This document shows, one piece after another, positions 1-9,589 of a DNA stretch of 64,000 bases. The notes under the pieces were generated by a model. The model saw nothing but the letters and a program-made list of their open reading frames with translations, ran no database searches and had not been told where the DNA came from. The stretch is from Promethearchaeota archaeon. Its GTDB lineage: Archaea; Asgardarchaeota; Lokiarchaeia; Sigyniarchaeales; SOKP01. The position numbers and the translations under genes are program-made. Location of the stretch: the NCBI GenBank assembly GCA_019058445.1, contig JAHPZA010000006.1:896001-960000 (forward strand), read 5' to 3'. The stretch's first letter is position 1; each line of letters opens with the position of its first letter.

Positions 1-294
1 GTTACAAATGGTAAACGTGAAGAAGCTACATATCAAGGAATCCTTCGTGTATTTTCGGCATTTACTTACTTCTTCCAAAGTTTGATTTTTGTAATTGTGT
101 GGACACTAACTGGCTATAACCCTGAGAGAAGAGCTAATCAAACTGAGCTTGCAAGATTAGGATTGAAATTGAATATATCATTAATTCCAGCTTCCCTTGC
201 ATTAGTGGCAATCATAATCTTTGTAATTATGTATACTATAAATAAAGAAAAGGCACTTCTAAACAAAAAGAAACTAGTTGAGATGGGACTGTAA
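1..294 (+). CDS. MFS/GPH-family sugar transporter, C-terminal fragment (5'-truncated by window edge)
   Basis: Frame is open from base 1 (VTNGKREEATYQGILRVFSAF...). The GxR-E motif followed by hydrophobic helices matches the GPH C-terminal region seen in the paralogs at 6071 and 15915. Confidence 0.8.
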   Translation, partial: VTNGKREEATYQGILRVFSAFTYFFQSLIFVIVWTLTGYNPERRANQTELARLGLKLNISLIPASLALVAIIIFVIMYTINKEKALLNKKKLVEMGL

Positions 295-369
295 ATCATA
301 CTTGACTATATCCTTTTTTTATAAAAATACATAAAAAATTTTTAAAAACAATTAAGAATTTGCCTAAGT

Positions 370-1800
370 ATGAAAATATTCCTAATTATATTTGACACAT
401 TACGAAAAGACCATACAGGTAAGACTTATGGAAATAATTGGATAAAAACACCTCATTTTGATGCTTTTGCAAAAGATTCTATAGTATTTGATAAAGCATA
501 TCCTGAATCATTGCCCACAATTCCTGTTCGGAGAGCGATACATACCGGAATACGAACTTTTCCCTTTAATCATAAAAGACCAGAGCTCAGAACAGATGAT
601 ATTGTTAAAATTCCAGGATGGCATCCAATACCCCCTCAGCAGACTCATTTGGCGGAATATATGAAAAAACAAGGCTTTATCTCATCTTTTATAACAAGTA
701 CTTATCACCAATTTAAACCTAATATGAATTTTCATATTGGATTCGATCAATGGAATTGGATAAGAGGCCATGAAGGTGATAAATTTAGGGTTATATTTCG
801 GGAAGGAGGTAAAAAGCTCAAACAAATACTTAAGGAACACACAGTTAAGGATCTTGCAGGAAGAGCTTATCAAAGGAGTGTCTTGAAAACTCACTTTTCT
901 AATGTTCAAGGAAGAAAAGAGGAAAATGACTATTTTCCTGGTCAAACTTTCAATAAAGCAGTAGAGTTTGTGAAGGATAGTTTAAAGTTCAAAAATGTGT
1001 TTTGTTGTGTAGATGAATTTGATCCGCATGAACCATGGGACCCACCTCAAAATTATCGTGATCTCTATACTGATAAAACCTATAATAGTAAAAAAATTGT
1101 CACTCCCGCTTATAGAAGAGATATCGACTATCTTACTGAAGAGGAATTGAAATATATGAGAGGTTGTTATGCGGGTGAAGTTTCTATGTGTGATAATTGG
1201 TTCGGCTTTTTTATCAATGAACTTAAAAGCATGGAATTGTATGAAGATTCATTAATTATTTTAATAAGTGATCACGGACACAGTATAGGAGAGCATAATG
1301 CTACTGGTAAAATTCCATTTAATATTTATCCTGAATTGGTTGATATTCCATTAATGATAAAACCCCCCGGTGGTCTTAACGGTCCAAAAAGAATTAAAAA
1401 ACCTTATGTATATGATCATGATCTTTTACCTACAATCTTTGGATTCTTAGATCAAGACAAACCTAATGTGTTTGAAGGTATAGATCTCTCTATCTTTACT
1501 GAACAAAATGATCAATTTATTGAAAACCGAGATTATATTACCTGTGGATTTCATGCCTTTACATTGTATAAAGATGATCATTATGCATTAATTACCTCTA
1601 ATAATAAACAATTTCAAAAGTTATTTGATTTATCAAAAGATCCCGATTGGAATGAAAATATTGCCGAGGATAATCCAGATATTTGCAATGAGCTTTTTCA
1701 AGTAATAGAGGAGGATGCAAAAGGGGAACTTCTTATGGAAGAGGAGTCGCAATTGTGGAAATCAACAGAATGGTACTCAGAAAAAAAAGCCAGCGATTAA
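370..1800 (+). CDS. Sulfatase-like hydrolase (alkaline phosphatase superfamily)
   Basis: N-terminal DTLRKDH, signature-like PTIPVRRAIHTG, FDPHEPW and ISDHG metal-binding motifs. Confidence 0.88.
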   Translation: MKIFLIIFDTLRKDHTGKTYGNNWIKTPHFDAFAKDSIVFDKAYPESLPTIPVRRAIHTGIRTFPFNHKRPELRTDDIVKIPGWHPIPPQQTHLAEYMKKQGFISSFITSTYHQFKPNMNFHIGFDQWNWIRGHEGDKFRVIFREGGKKLKQILKEHTVKDLAGRAYQRSVLKTHFSNVQGRKEENDYFPGQTFNKAVEFVKDSLKFKNVFCCVDEFDPHEPWDPPQNYRDLYTDKTYNSKKIVTPAYRRDIDYLTEEELKYMRGCYAGEVSMCDNWFGFFINELKSMELYEDSLIILISDHGHSIGEHNATGKIPFNIYPELVDIPLMIKPPGGLNGPKRIKKPYVYDHDLLPTIFGFLDQDKPNVFEGIDLSIFTEQNDQFIENRDYITCGFHAFTLYKDDHYALITSNNKQFQKLFDLSKDPDWNENIAEDNPDICNELFQVIEEDAKGELLMEEESQLWKSTEWYSEKKASD

Positions 1801-1848
1801 TAATGTATACTAAAGATATTTATATTAATTAATTTCTTTATTTTTTTT

Positions 1849-2448
1849 ATGCCTAAACCTAAGTCTGAGGAGTGGTTTAATCAGATTAAAAAAAACATAC
1901 GAGACACTTTTCAGAATATCACAAGTGAAATTCTAGATATCTTTGAAGAACGTCCTTCTTATGTTCAAATGAGATTGCCGGTTGAGAAAATTACACAAGA
2001 GTTTGAGGATTCTTTAAAGAATAAAAATGAACATAATATAGTTCATGCGGAGATACGGGAAGCTTCAGGGGATGATATTGAGAAAATATTTAAGATATAT
2101 AATAAAGCATGGCAATCCACTTCAATGCCATTTCGACAAGTGGGTGAGGAGACTTTTTCAAAATTTCAAAAGCATTTTAAGACCGTTTTTTTGATAGCTA
2201 GTGTTGATAGTATTGATGGGGGGTTTATTCTGATCCATTTCGAGGGAAAGAAAAATGATATTGGGGTAATAAACGGATTAGGAGTCTTGCCTCAATTCCA
2301 AAATAAAGGTTTGGGTACTACGCTCGCAATGGCTGCTTGGAATTATTTCAAAGAGAGAGGGGTTAAGGAGCTAAGGTGCGAAGTTCATAGAGATAATAAA
2401 ATTCCATATGCGTTTATTAAAGGGCTAGGTTTCGAAGAAATGCTTTAA
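1849..2448 (+). CDS. GNAT-family N-acetyltransferase
   Basis: Acetyl-CoA motif A (GVLPQFQNKGLGT) and C-terminal N...AFIKGLGF. Confidence 0.88.
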   Translation: MPKPKSEEWFNQIKKNIRDTFQNITSEILDIFEERPSYVQMRLPVEKITQEFEDSLKNKNEHNIVHAEIREASGDDIEKIFKIYNKAWQSTSMPFRQVGEETFSKFQKHFKTVFLIASVDSIDGGFILIHFEGKKNDIGVINGLGVLPQFQNKGLGTTLAMAAWNYFKERGVKELRCEVHRDNKIPYAFIKGLGFEEML

Positions 2449-2580
2449 AGGAACCGTCCTTGAGTTTATAAGAGGAGATTATAAATAATAAAAGAACGAA
2501 TCACAAATTAGAATTTAGTTTAAACTTATATTACCACGTCTTAATATATCTAATAAAATTACAAATACTATTTGATATGT

Positions 2581-3207
2581 ATGTCAGATGAACAATCCAA
2601 GAGTCGGTTTAGTCTAAAAAAGAATAGGGTGAGAAGTGCTTTTCAACATGTTATTGATGGAATTACAGGATTATTTTACAGTAGAATAGATTATATCCAA
2701 ATGAGGTTACCAGTTAATAAGATAACAAAGGAATTCGAGGATTCATTAAGAGAGAAAATTGAGCATAATGTAGTTCATGCCAAAATCCGCGAAGCAAGCG
2801 AAAAAGATATTGAGCATATAATGAAAGTATATGATCTTGCCTGGCATTCGAGTCCAATGCCAATTAGGGAGGTAGGCAAAGATACTTTCTTAAAAATTTA
2901 CAAAGAATCTACTTCGGTATTTTTAATCGCAAGTATCGATTCCACGGATGCTGGTTTCATTCTTCTTGATTACGAGGGAAGGAATAATGAAATTGGAATA
3001 ATTGGAGGTTTAGGTGTATTACCGAATTTCCAGCATAAAGGCCTTGGTACTATTTTAGCAATTGCAGCATGGGATCATTTTAAACAAAAAGGAGCTAAGG
3101 AGCTAAGATGTGAGGTCTATAAGGATAATATGATACCATATGCTTTCATAAAGAGCCTTGGCTTTGAAGAATTTTCCAGGAGTATTGATGGTCATTTAAT
3201 GAAGTAA
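2581..3207 (+). CDS. GNAT-family N-acetyltransferase (tandem paralog)
   Basis: GVLPNFQHKGLGT motif; colinear with the 1849 gene (YxQMRLPV, EHNxVHAxIREAS). ATG 2581 preferred over TTG 2572. Confidence 0.88.
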   Translation: MSDEQSKSRFSLKKNRVRSAFQHVIDGITGLFYSRIDYIQMRLPVNKITKEFEDSLREKIEHNVVHAKIREASEKDIEHIMKVYDLAWHSSPMPIREVGKDTFLKIYKESTSVFLIASIDSTDAGFILLDYEGRNNEIGIIGGLGVLPNFQHKGLGTILAIAAWDHFKQKGAKELRCEVYKDNMIPYAFIKSLGFEEFSRSIDGHLMK

Positions 3208-3252
3208 ATTTTTCAATTATTCAACCTTTCTATGATATAGAGTCAGGGAACA

Positions 3253-3269
3253 TTGTAAAAATTTTTAAT
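3253..3269 (+). promoter_or_regulatory. Candidate BRE/TATA or operator motif TTGTAAAAATTTTTAAT
   Basis: Near-identical copy at 4670-4686; both lie ~50 bp upstream of paralogous oxidoreductase genes. Confidence 0.45.
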
Positions 3270-3319
3270 CTCAGATAAATTTTAAAGAATAATATCAAAA
3301 ATTAGACTTTTTTTATAAA

Positions 3320-4576
3320 ATGTTAAAGGTAGGCATTATAGGGACTGGAGATATTGCGGATTTAAATATTCTCGGTTATATCCACTCTCAAGATACAGAG
3401 CTCGTTGCGGTCTCTGACATAAATGTTGATCGAACTAAAAAGAAATTGGCAATGTGGAACTTACAGTCTTTAAGAATTTATGAGGATTATAAACAAATGG
3501 TTGATCGGGAAGATCTAGATATCGTAGAAATTTTAACTCCGCATGATTTACACGCTCCTATGACTGAATATTGTGCTAAAGCAGGAGTACCAGGCATATC
3601 TGTTCAGAAACCTCTTTCCAATACGATTGCAGATTGTGATAAGATAATCCAAGCATGTAGTGAAGAAAATGTGAAATTGAAGTTATTTGAAAATTTCAGA
3701 TTTTATCCCGTCTATTTAAGAGCAAAAAAATTATTAGACCAAGGAATAATAGGAGAACAATTAAATTTTAGATTAAAGAATATTTTAACAGGGGGTCCAG
3801 GAGGGGTTGCATCTGATGATCTGAGGGGATGGTTATGGCGTATTGATATAGACAGATGTGGTGGAGGTCCTGAAGTGTACGATGATGGACAACATAAATT
3901 TTCATTAGCATTATGGTTAATGAATCAATCAAATGTTGAAAAAGTATATAGTTGGATAAATTATTTTACTGGAGTTATCGACAGCCCTGCTAATATTCTA
4001 TGGAAATATCCCTCTAAAAATCCCGATGATCCCCCTAAATATGGTTCAATGGAATTTACATGGGCTGCCAATCTTTATTATCCCTCTAATTATTATGGAA
4101 TTGACGAATTCATCGAAATATCAGGTACAAAAGGAATAATGTGGATAAATCAATGTACTTCTGGAGGGAATTATGTTTCGAAATCACCTCAGTATCCTCC
4201 AATTGTTGTCTATGTTGATGGAGAAGTTAAAACCTATGGGGAAGATTTACCACGAGATTGGCGATATTCTTTTATAAATTCTACAGAACATTTCATTGAA
4301 GTTATGAAAACTGGACGAGGGGAACCAATCTATACAGGAGAACAGGGAAAGGCACTCTGTATTTTTGCTAAAATGCCATATATTTCAGATCAACGGGGAG
4401 AAATTGTTTATTGGGAAGAAATGACAGCAAAAAATGAAGAAAAAGGGTTTTGTGCTGTAGAAAAATCTGAAGATGCAGATCCTAGTGGATTACATAGATT
4501 TACTAGAAGAAAAAGTAGAGATTTAAAAAATGGAATAAAGCAAGGATTAAAATGTATCGATTTTGAATACAAGTAA
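3320..4576 (+). CDS. Gfo/Idh/MocA family NAD(P)-dependent oxidoreductase
   Basis: Rossmann motif GIIGTGDIA, TPHDLH, VQKP, ENFRFYP and DDGQH. Confidence 0.9.
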   Translation: MLKVGIIGTGDIADLNILGYIHSQDTELVAVSDINVDRTKKKLAMWNLQSLRIYEDYKQMVDREDLDIVEILTPHDLHAPMTEYCAKAGVPGISVQKPLSNTIADCDKIIQACSEENVKLKLFENFRFYPVYLRAKKLLDQGIIGEQLNFRLKNILTGGPGGVASDDLRGWLWRIDIDRCGGGPEVYDDGQHKFSLALWLMNQSNVEKVYSWINYFTGVIDSPANILWKYPSKNPDDPPKYGSMEFTWAANLYYPSNYYGIDEFIEISGTKGIMWINQCTSGGNYVSKSPQYPPIVVYVDGEVKTYGEDLPRDWRYSFINSTEHFIEVMKTGRGEPIYTGEQGKALCIFAKMPYISDQRGEIVYWEEMTAKNEEKGFCAVEKSEDADPSGLHRFTRRKSRDLKNGIKQGLKCIDFEYK

Positions 4577-4669
4577 GATATTAATATGAAATAAGCTCGA
4601 ATATGAGTTTAATCAGCGTTTAATTAAGTAATTTTCCTCTTTTACCTTCAAAAACATCATCAATCATAT

Positions 4670-4686
4670 TTGTAAAACTTTTTAAT
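4670..4686 (+). promoter_or_regulatory. Candidate BRE/TATA or operator motif TTGTAAAACTTTTTAAT
   Basis: Matches 3253-3269 at 16/17 positions at an equivalent distance from the start codon. Confidence 0.45.
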
Positions 4687-4733
4687 ACTAAGCATATTAA
4701 TACGATTAATTTAATCATTAATTTTATTTAATT

Positions 4734-5993
4734 ATGTTAAGAGTGGGGATAATTGGTTGTGGAGATATTGCAGATCTAAACATTTTAGGCTATATCCATT
4801 CATATGATACCGAAATAGTTGCTGTTTCTGACATTGATACAGAATGTGCTAAACAAAAATTAGCGAAATGGAATTTACGGTCATTAAAACTTTATAAGGA
4901 TTATAAGCAAATGATCGATAAAGAAGATCTTGATATTGTGGAAATTCTCACACCTCATGATTTACATGGCCCTATGACAGAATATTGTGCTAAAGCAGGT
5001 GTACCGGGTATATCTGTGCAAAAACCTATGGCACATTCTATTTCTGACTGTGATAGAATGATTGAAATTTGTAAAGATGAAAAAGTGAGATTGAAATTAT
5101 TTGAAAATTTCAGATTTTATCCGGTATATCTTAGAGCAAAAGAGCTATTGGATCAGGGGTTAATAGGAGAGCTTTTAAATTTTAGAATAGTTACTATAGG
5201 AACCGGAGGCCCGAGTTGGCCGCTTACATTAAGGGCAAATTTATGGCGAACTGAAGTAGATAGATGTGGCGGAGGTGCAATGATTTATGATGATGGACAG
5301 CATAAATTTTCCATGGCGCTTTGGTTAATGAATCAGGAAAGGGTTGAAAAAGTCTATTGTTGGGTTGATTATTTCATGGGCGTTATTGATCTACCTGCAA
5401 ATATTTTCTGGAAATATCCCAGCAAAAATAATGAAGACCTCCCAAAATATGGCTCGATGGAATTTTCTCTTGCATCTAATCTGTATTATCCTTCTAATTA
5501 CTATAATTGTGATGAATTTATCGAGATTTCGGGCACAAAAGGAATAATGTGGATAAATCAATGTACTTCTGGAGGGAATTTCGTTTCTAAATCACCCCAG
5601 TATCCTCCGATTGTTGTATACATTAATGGGGATGTTGAGACATACGGAGAGAAGTTGCCAAGAGATTGGAGATATTCTTTTATTAATTCCACATTGCATT
5701 TTATTGAAGTAGTTAAAACTAAAAAGGATGAGCCAATTTATACGGGCGAGCAAGGAAGAAATTTATGTGTTTTTGCTAAAATGCCTCAAATGTCGGATCA
5801 GCGCAGGGATACTGTATATTGGGATGAATTAACAGCTGAAAATGAAGAAAAAGGTTTATGTACTATTAAAAACCCCGAAGAAGCGGATGAGAGTGGAATA
5901 TCCAAGTTTTTTATACGAAATAATAAAGATTTTAGGAAAGGCAAAAAACAAGGATTAATCCATAAGAAGCTTGAATTTGAATATGACAAATAA
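4734..5993 (+). CDS. Gfo/Idh/MocA family oxidoreductase (tandem paralog)
   Basis: GIIGCGDIA, VQKP and DDGQH motifs; highly similar to 3320..4576 over its full length. Confidence 0.9.
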   Translation: MLRVGIIGCGDIADLNILGYIHSYDTEIVAVSDIDTECAKQKLAKWNLRSLKLYKDYKQMIDKEDLDIVEILTPHDLHGPMTEYCAKAGVPGISVQKPMAHSISDCDRMIEICKDEKVRLKLFENFRFYPVYLRAKELLDQGLIGELLNFRIVTIGTGGPSWPLTLRANLWRTEVDRCGGGAMIYDDGQHKFSMALWLMNQERVEKVYCWVDYFMGVIDLPANIFWKYPSKNNEDLPKYGSMEFSLASNLYYPSNYYNCDEFIEISGTKGIMWINQCTSGGNFVSKSPQYPPIVVYINGDVETYGEKLPRDWRYSFINSTLHFIEVVKTKKDEPIYTGEQGRNLCVFAKMPQMSDQRRDTVYWDELTAENEEKGLCTIKNPEEADESGISKFFIRNNKDFRKGKKQGLIHKKLEFEYDK

Positions 5994-6070
5994 TAATCAC
6001 ATATTTAAGTAGTTAGAAATAATGTTTATCTAAATTATTTATTAAAACAATAAAAACTTAGAGATGTTCT

Positions 6071-7507
6071 ATGAATGAAATTAATCCAAATTTAAATAAA
6101 CGCCAATTAGATACTTCACTCGGCACAAGAATCGCTTATTCCAATGGTCCTTTTGTTGATTCACTTTCTATAATTACTTGGGCATTTCTTGGATTTACAT
6201 TCTATTTCGCCGTTGTTGGGTTGCCTATAATTTATATTACTATAGGTTTAATTATTGTAGCTTTTTGGGACGCCTTTAATGACCCCATTATTGGAGTAAT
6301 ATCAGATCGTACAAAATCGCGCTATGGTCGGCGGAAGTTTTGGCTATACATTATTTTTATCCCTTTTGTATTGATGAATATATTACTATGGACACCTCCA
6401 TTTGGATCCTCCACCATTATTTTATTCGTTTATTTTCTTATTATTGCAATGTTATTCGATTTGACATATACCTTTTTTACTGTTAATACTAACGCTTTAT
6501 GGCCAGAAATGTTCTTGACAATAGAAGACCGGACCAATGTAGGATTATGTCGTAGTATTTTCACGGTCATTGGGACCTCACTCGCATACCTCATTCCCGG
6601 ATTAATCATCATAGATATTGCCAATCAACGCAATTTAGCAGAAACTCCAGAGCAGTATATGCTCACAGGGGTAATCATTTCAATTATTATTTTGATATCA
6701 TTTACAATTTTTCTTAAATGGGGTTCATTTGAGCGAAAGGAATTTGCGGGAGATGTTGAAAAAGCACCCTTGTTGATAGATTCATTTAAGATCACCTTTA
6801 AAAATAAGGCTTTTGTTCTTTATTGCATTATTGAATTATGTATTTTCTGTATTTATAGTATTTTTTTAAGTATGATGCCTTTATATGGAACATTTGTGCT
6901 TGGACTCGCAGAAGAAAATTCCTTTCTTATTAGTTTAATTGTGTTTGTTAGTCTTATAATAGGGATTCTGTTTACTCCTGTTTGGATGTCACTTCAGAAA
7001 AAGTATGGAATCCGAAAATGCTTCATGATTTGTCTGAGTTATTGGGGTGTAACCTTCATTTTATTAATGACTGCTAATGATATCTTTACATCTTTCCTTT
7101 TTTTTAGTATGATGGGACCAGCACTAGGTGGAGCTATTTATTTGTATGAGCAGGGAGTGGCTGAAATAATTGATGATGATAGTGTTCGATCAGGACTCGA
7201 GGCTCGACGTGAGGGGGCATATTATGGGATTTCGGGATTAATAAATAGATTTGCAACTATTGTTAACATTTTAGTGATTAGTATTATTTTCACTAGAACC
7301 GGTTGGAGTGAATTTAATCCTAATCCGGGAGCAGATGTAATTTTTGGATTACGATTTTTAATGGGTATTTATCCTTTGATAATTATAAGTGTGGCTTTAT
7401 TTTGCTTGTATTTATATCCCATTCATGGAAAGCGTCTTGATGAAAATAAATTAATGCTCGCTGAACAGCGTTCTAAAAAACAGAAAGCGATCACTGAAAA
7501 TATTTAA
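6071..7507 (+). CDS. MFS/GPH (MelB-like) glycoside:cation symporter
   Basis: About 12 hydrophobic segments, WDAFNDPIIGVISDRTKSRYGRRK and ARREGAYYG motifs. Confidence 0.9.
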   Translation: MNEINPNLNKRQLDTSLGTRIAYSNGPFVDSLSIITWAFLGFTFYFAVVGLPIIYITIGLIIVAFWDAFNDPIIGVISDRTKSRYGRRKFWLYIIFIPFVLMNILLWTPPFGSSTIILFVYFLIIAMLFDLTYTFFTVNTNALWPEMFLTIEDRTNVGLCRSIFTVIGTSLAYLIPGLIIIDIANQRNLAETPEQYMLTGVIISIIILISFTIFLKWGSFERKEFAGDVEKAPLLIDSFKITFKNKAFVLYCIIELCIFCIYSIFLSMMPLYGTFVLGLAEENSFLISLIVFVSLIIGILFTPVWMSLQKKYGIRKCFMICLSYWGVTFILLMTANDIFTSFLFFSMMGPALGGAIYLYEQGVAEIIDDDSVRSGLEARREGAYYGISGLINRFATIVNILVISIIFTRTGWSEFNPNPGADVIFGLRFLMGIYPLIIISVALFCLYLYPIHGKRLDENKLMLAEQRSKKQKAITENI

Positions 7508-7524
7508 GGTTAAAGTATAATTGA

Positions 7525-7560
7525 AACTATATCTTCGTGAAACAGGTATTTCACGTAGTT
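7525..7560. terminator. Stem-loop between convergent MFS genes
   Basis: CGTGAAA-caggta-TTTCACG perfect 7-bp stem with an outer AACTA/TAGTT pairing, in a convergent intergenic gap. Confidence 0.4.
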
Positions 7561-7627
7561 ATTTCTAAATTTTATAGAAACTCAAAAAAATAATAAAAAA
7601 AAAATAATTAAATTTTAAATACTTTTT

Positions 7628-8917
7628 CTAATCCATTCCAACTGGGGTTTCAACGTCCCCGGCTTCCCCTCTTTTAACGAAAAGCATACAAACGAACCCT
7701 GCTATAATGAAGAATGAAGTGAATAAAAGTAATGTAGTATTTCCGAAGATGTCAGTTAAAAATCCAACAATAACAGGGCCCATTATTGCTCCCAAAAAGA
7801 TTGCGAGGAAATAAATACCCGTAAATGTACCTGTTCGCTTTTCTGTGGGTACTAGCTCCCATAAAACAACTACAGCTAGTGTATTTACAAAGGCGAATCC
7901 AAGACCTGCAATAATAAAGCCTATAATTATCATTGTCGGAGTCTGGAAGATAAAACCAATTAGCATCCCCACAGTGAAGAGAATTAATCCTATTCTAATC
8001 GGTAATATTCTTCCAACTTTAGTTGCGATGATTCCAGCGGGAACTGCCATAAGAATAAAGGTTAATGACATAAATATCAACATCGTTCCAGCAGGACCGC
8101 GTTCTAATCCTAAAACATCAACTGCATATACAGGAAAAAGGGATGTAAGGGCGTAATACGCACAAAACCATAAAAATATGCCTAATAGAATGGCTAGTGC
8201 ACTTTTATCTTCACTTCTACCAATATACCTAAAGCTTTCAATCAAGCCTTCAAAAGGGCCTTCTTCCCGTTTGGTTTTTTCACCCGTTGCTTTCTCCGCC
8301 TCTAAAACTTGTTGGTAAACATACGCATCTTTTTCCTTTACTGTTAGCATCATTATAATTAAACAAATTACCATTAAAATTGCAATTGTTAGAAAGGCTA
8401 ATACTAAACTGATGGGGACAAGTATAAAGTTTAAAATAAAGGCAACAATAGTACCTAATCCTGCCATTAAATTAAAGATGGCATATCCTTTGGAACGATT
8501 AATGGGTTTTGTAAAGTCGGGCATAAGTGCTATGGTTTGACCTCTAAAACAGGCCATCGCTATGTTAAAAAAAAGCATGTAAAGGATTAATAACCAAAAA
8601 GGATCTGACGCGGGATTAATAGTTGCAATTAAAACGAAGAAAACAGCTGAAATGGGCACCCCTACCATTATATATGGCATTCTTCTCCCATATTTAGTTC
8701 GAGTGTTATCAGATACACTCCCCATAATAGGAATAATTATTATCCCAATCATATTATCTAAAGCCATCCATAATCCAACTAATCCATAAGAACCTAAATA
8801 TTCGAAAAGTGTTATAGGAACTTGGGCATCATAGAGAGTCCAGGCCATCATGTTTAAAAAGAAACCTAAGCTGAGGGAGAATGCTAATCCTAATTTAAAT
8901 TTTTCTTGTTCATTCAT
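7628..8917 (-). CDS. MFS transporter (MalT/SLC45-like sugar permease)
   Basis: About 12 TM segments, SDNTRTKYGRRMPY and ALMPD motifs. Confidence 0.88.
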   Translation of the reverse strand: MNEQEKFKLGLAFSLSLGFFLNMMAWTLYDAQVPITLFEYLGSYGLVGLWMALDNMIGIIIIPIMGSVSDNTRTKYGRRMPYIMVGVPISAVFFVLIATINPASDPFWLLILYMLFFNIAMACFRGQTIALMPDFTKPINRSKGYAIFNLMAGLGTIVAFILNFILVPISLVLAFLTIAILMVICLIIMMLTVKEKDAYVYQQVLEAEKATGEKTKREEGPFEGLIESFRYIGRSEDKSALAILLGIFLWFCAYYALTSLFPVYAVDVLGLERGPAGTMLIFMSLTFILMAVPAGIIATKVGRILPIRIGLILFTVGMLIGFIFQTPTMIIIGFIIAGLGFAFVNTLAVVVLWELVPTEKRTGTFTGIYFLAIFLGAIMGPVIVGFLTDIFGNTTLLLFTSFFIIAGFVCMLFVKRGEAGDVETPVGMD

Positions 8918-9298
8918 TTTAAATCCTTATTTATTTTGACTATAATTCAAGTGTTAAACGATCTATAACAATATCCTTACAGATACTGATTTTAATATTC
9001 GTCTTTTTATTATATATATTTGTCCAAAGTTGATCTAAGGATGCTATTATTATTATCATACAGCTGAAATACAGAGGAAGAATTGATAAATATAATTAAA
9101 AATCAATTAGATCAAGCGTAGATTGAAACCACACCTGTAAAAGCACTTCTGTAAAATTTTTTTAATATAGACCAAAATGTCACCAAGCCTTATATAGAGA
9201 AGGTAAGATTATATAATCAATCAATTCGAAAAAGTATAATAATTAGATTTTATCAAATATCTTAAAAATCTAAAAATTTTGATTTTCAAGCCTTATAA

Positions 9299-9589
9299 AT
9301 GGTTCTAATGGAGATCATTAAATATTTGGGGGATAAACTAGCAAAAGAAATTAATATTAGTCCTCCAGCGGCAAGAGGTTTATTAAAACTTTCTATAAAG
9401 GACGAGTTGGATCCCTTTAGACCCTTATTTAAAATCACTTTTAATGAATTGAGAAATGTACTACAAAATTCCTTTAAAAAAAGACTAATTAATTTAGAAA
9501 TCTCTAATTATGAAGCAATTGTGAATCATATGATAATAGAATTAGAATTAAATCAATCACTAATAACAATGGCAGGTGTTTATTTATAG
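9299..9589 (+). CDS. Small soluble helical protein of unknown function, coupled to the downstream membrane gene
   Basis: 96-aa ORF with normal composition; its stop codon overlaps the proposed start of the next gene. Confidence 0.75.
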   Translation: MVLMEIIKYLGDKLAKEINISPPAARGLLKLSIKDELDPFRPLFKITFNELRNVLQNSFKKRLINLEISNYEAIVNHMIIELELNQSLITMAGVYL

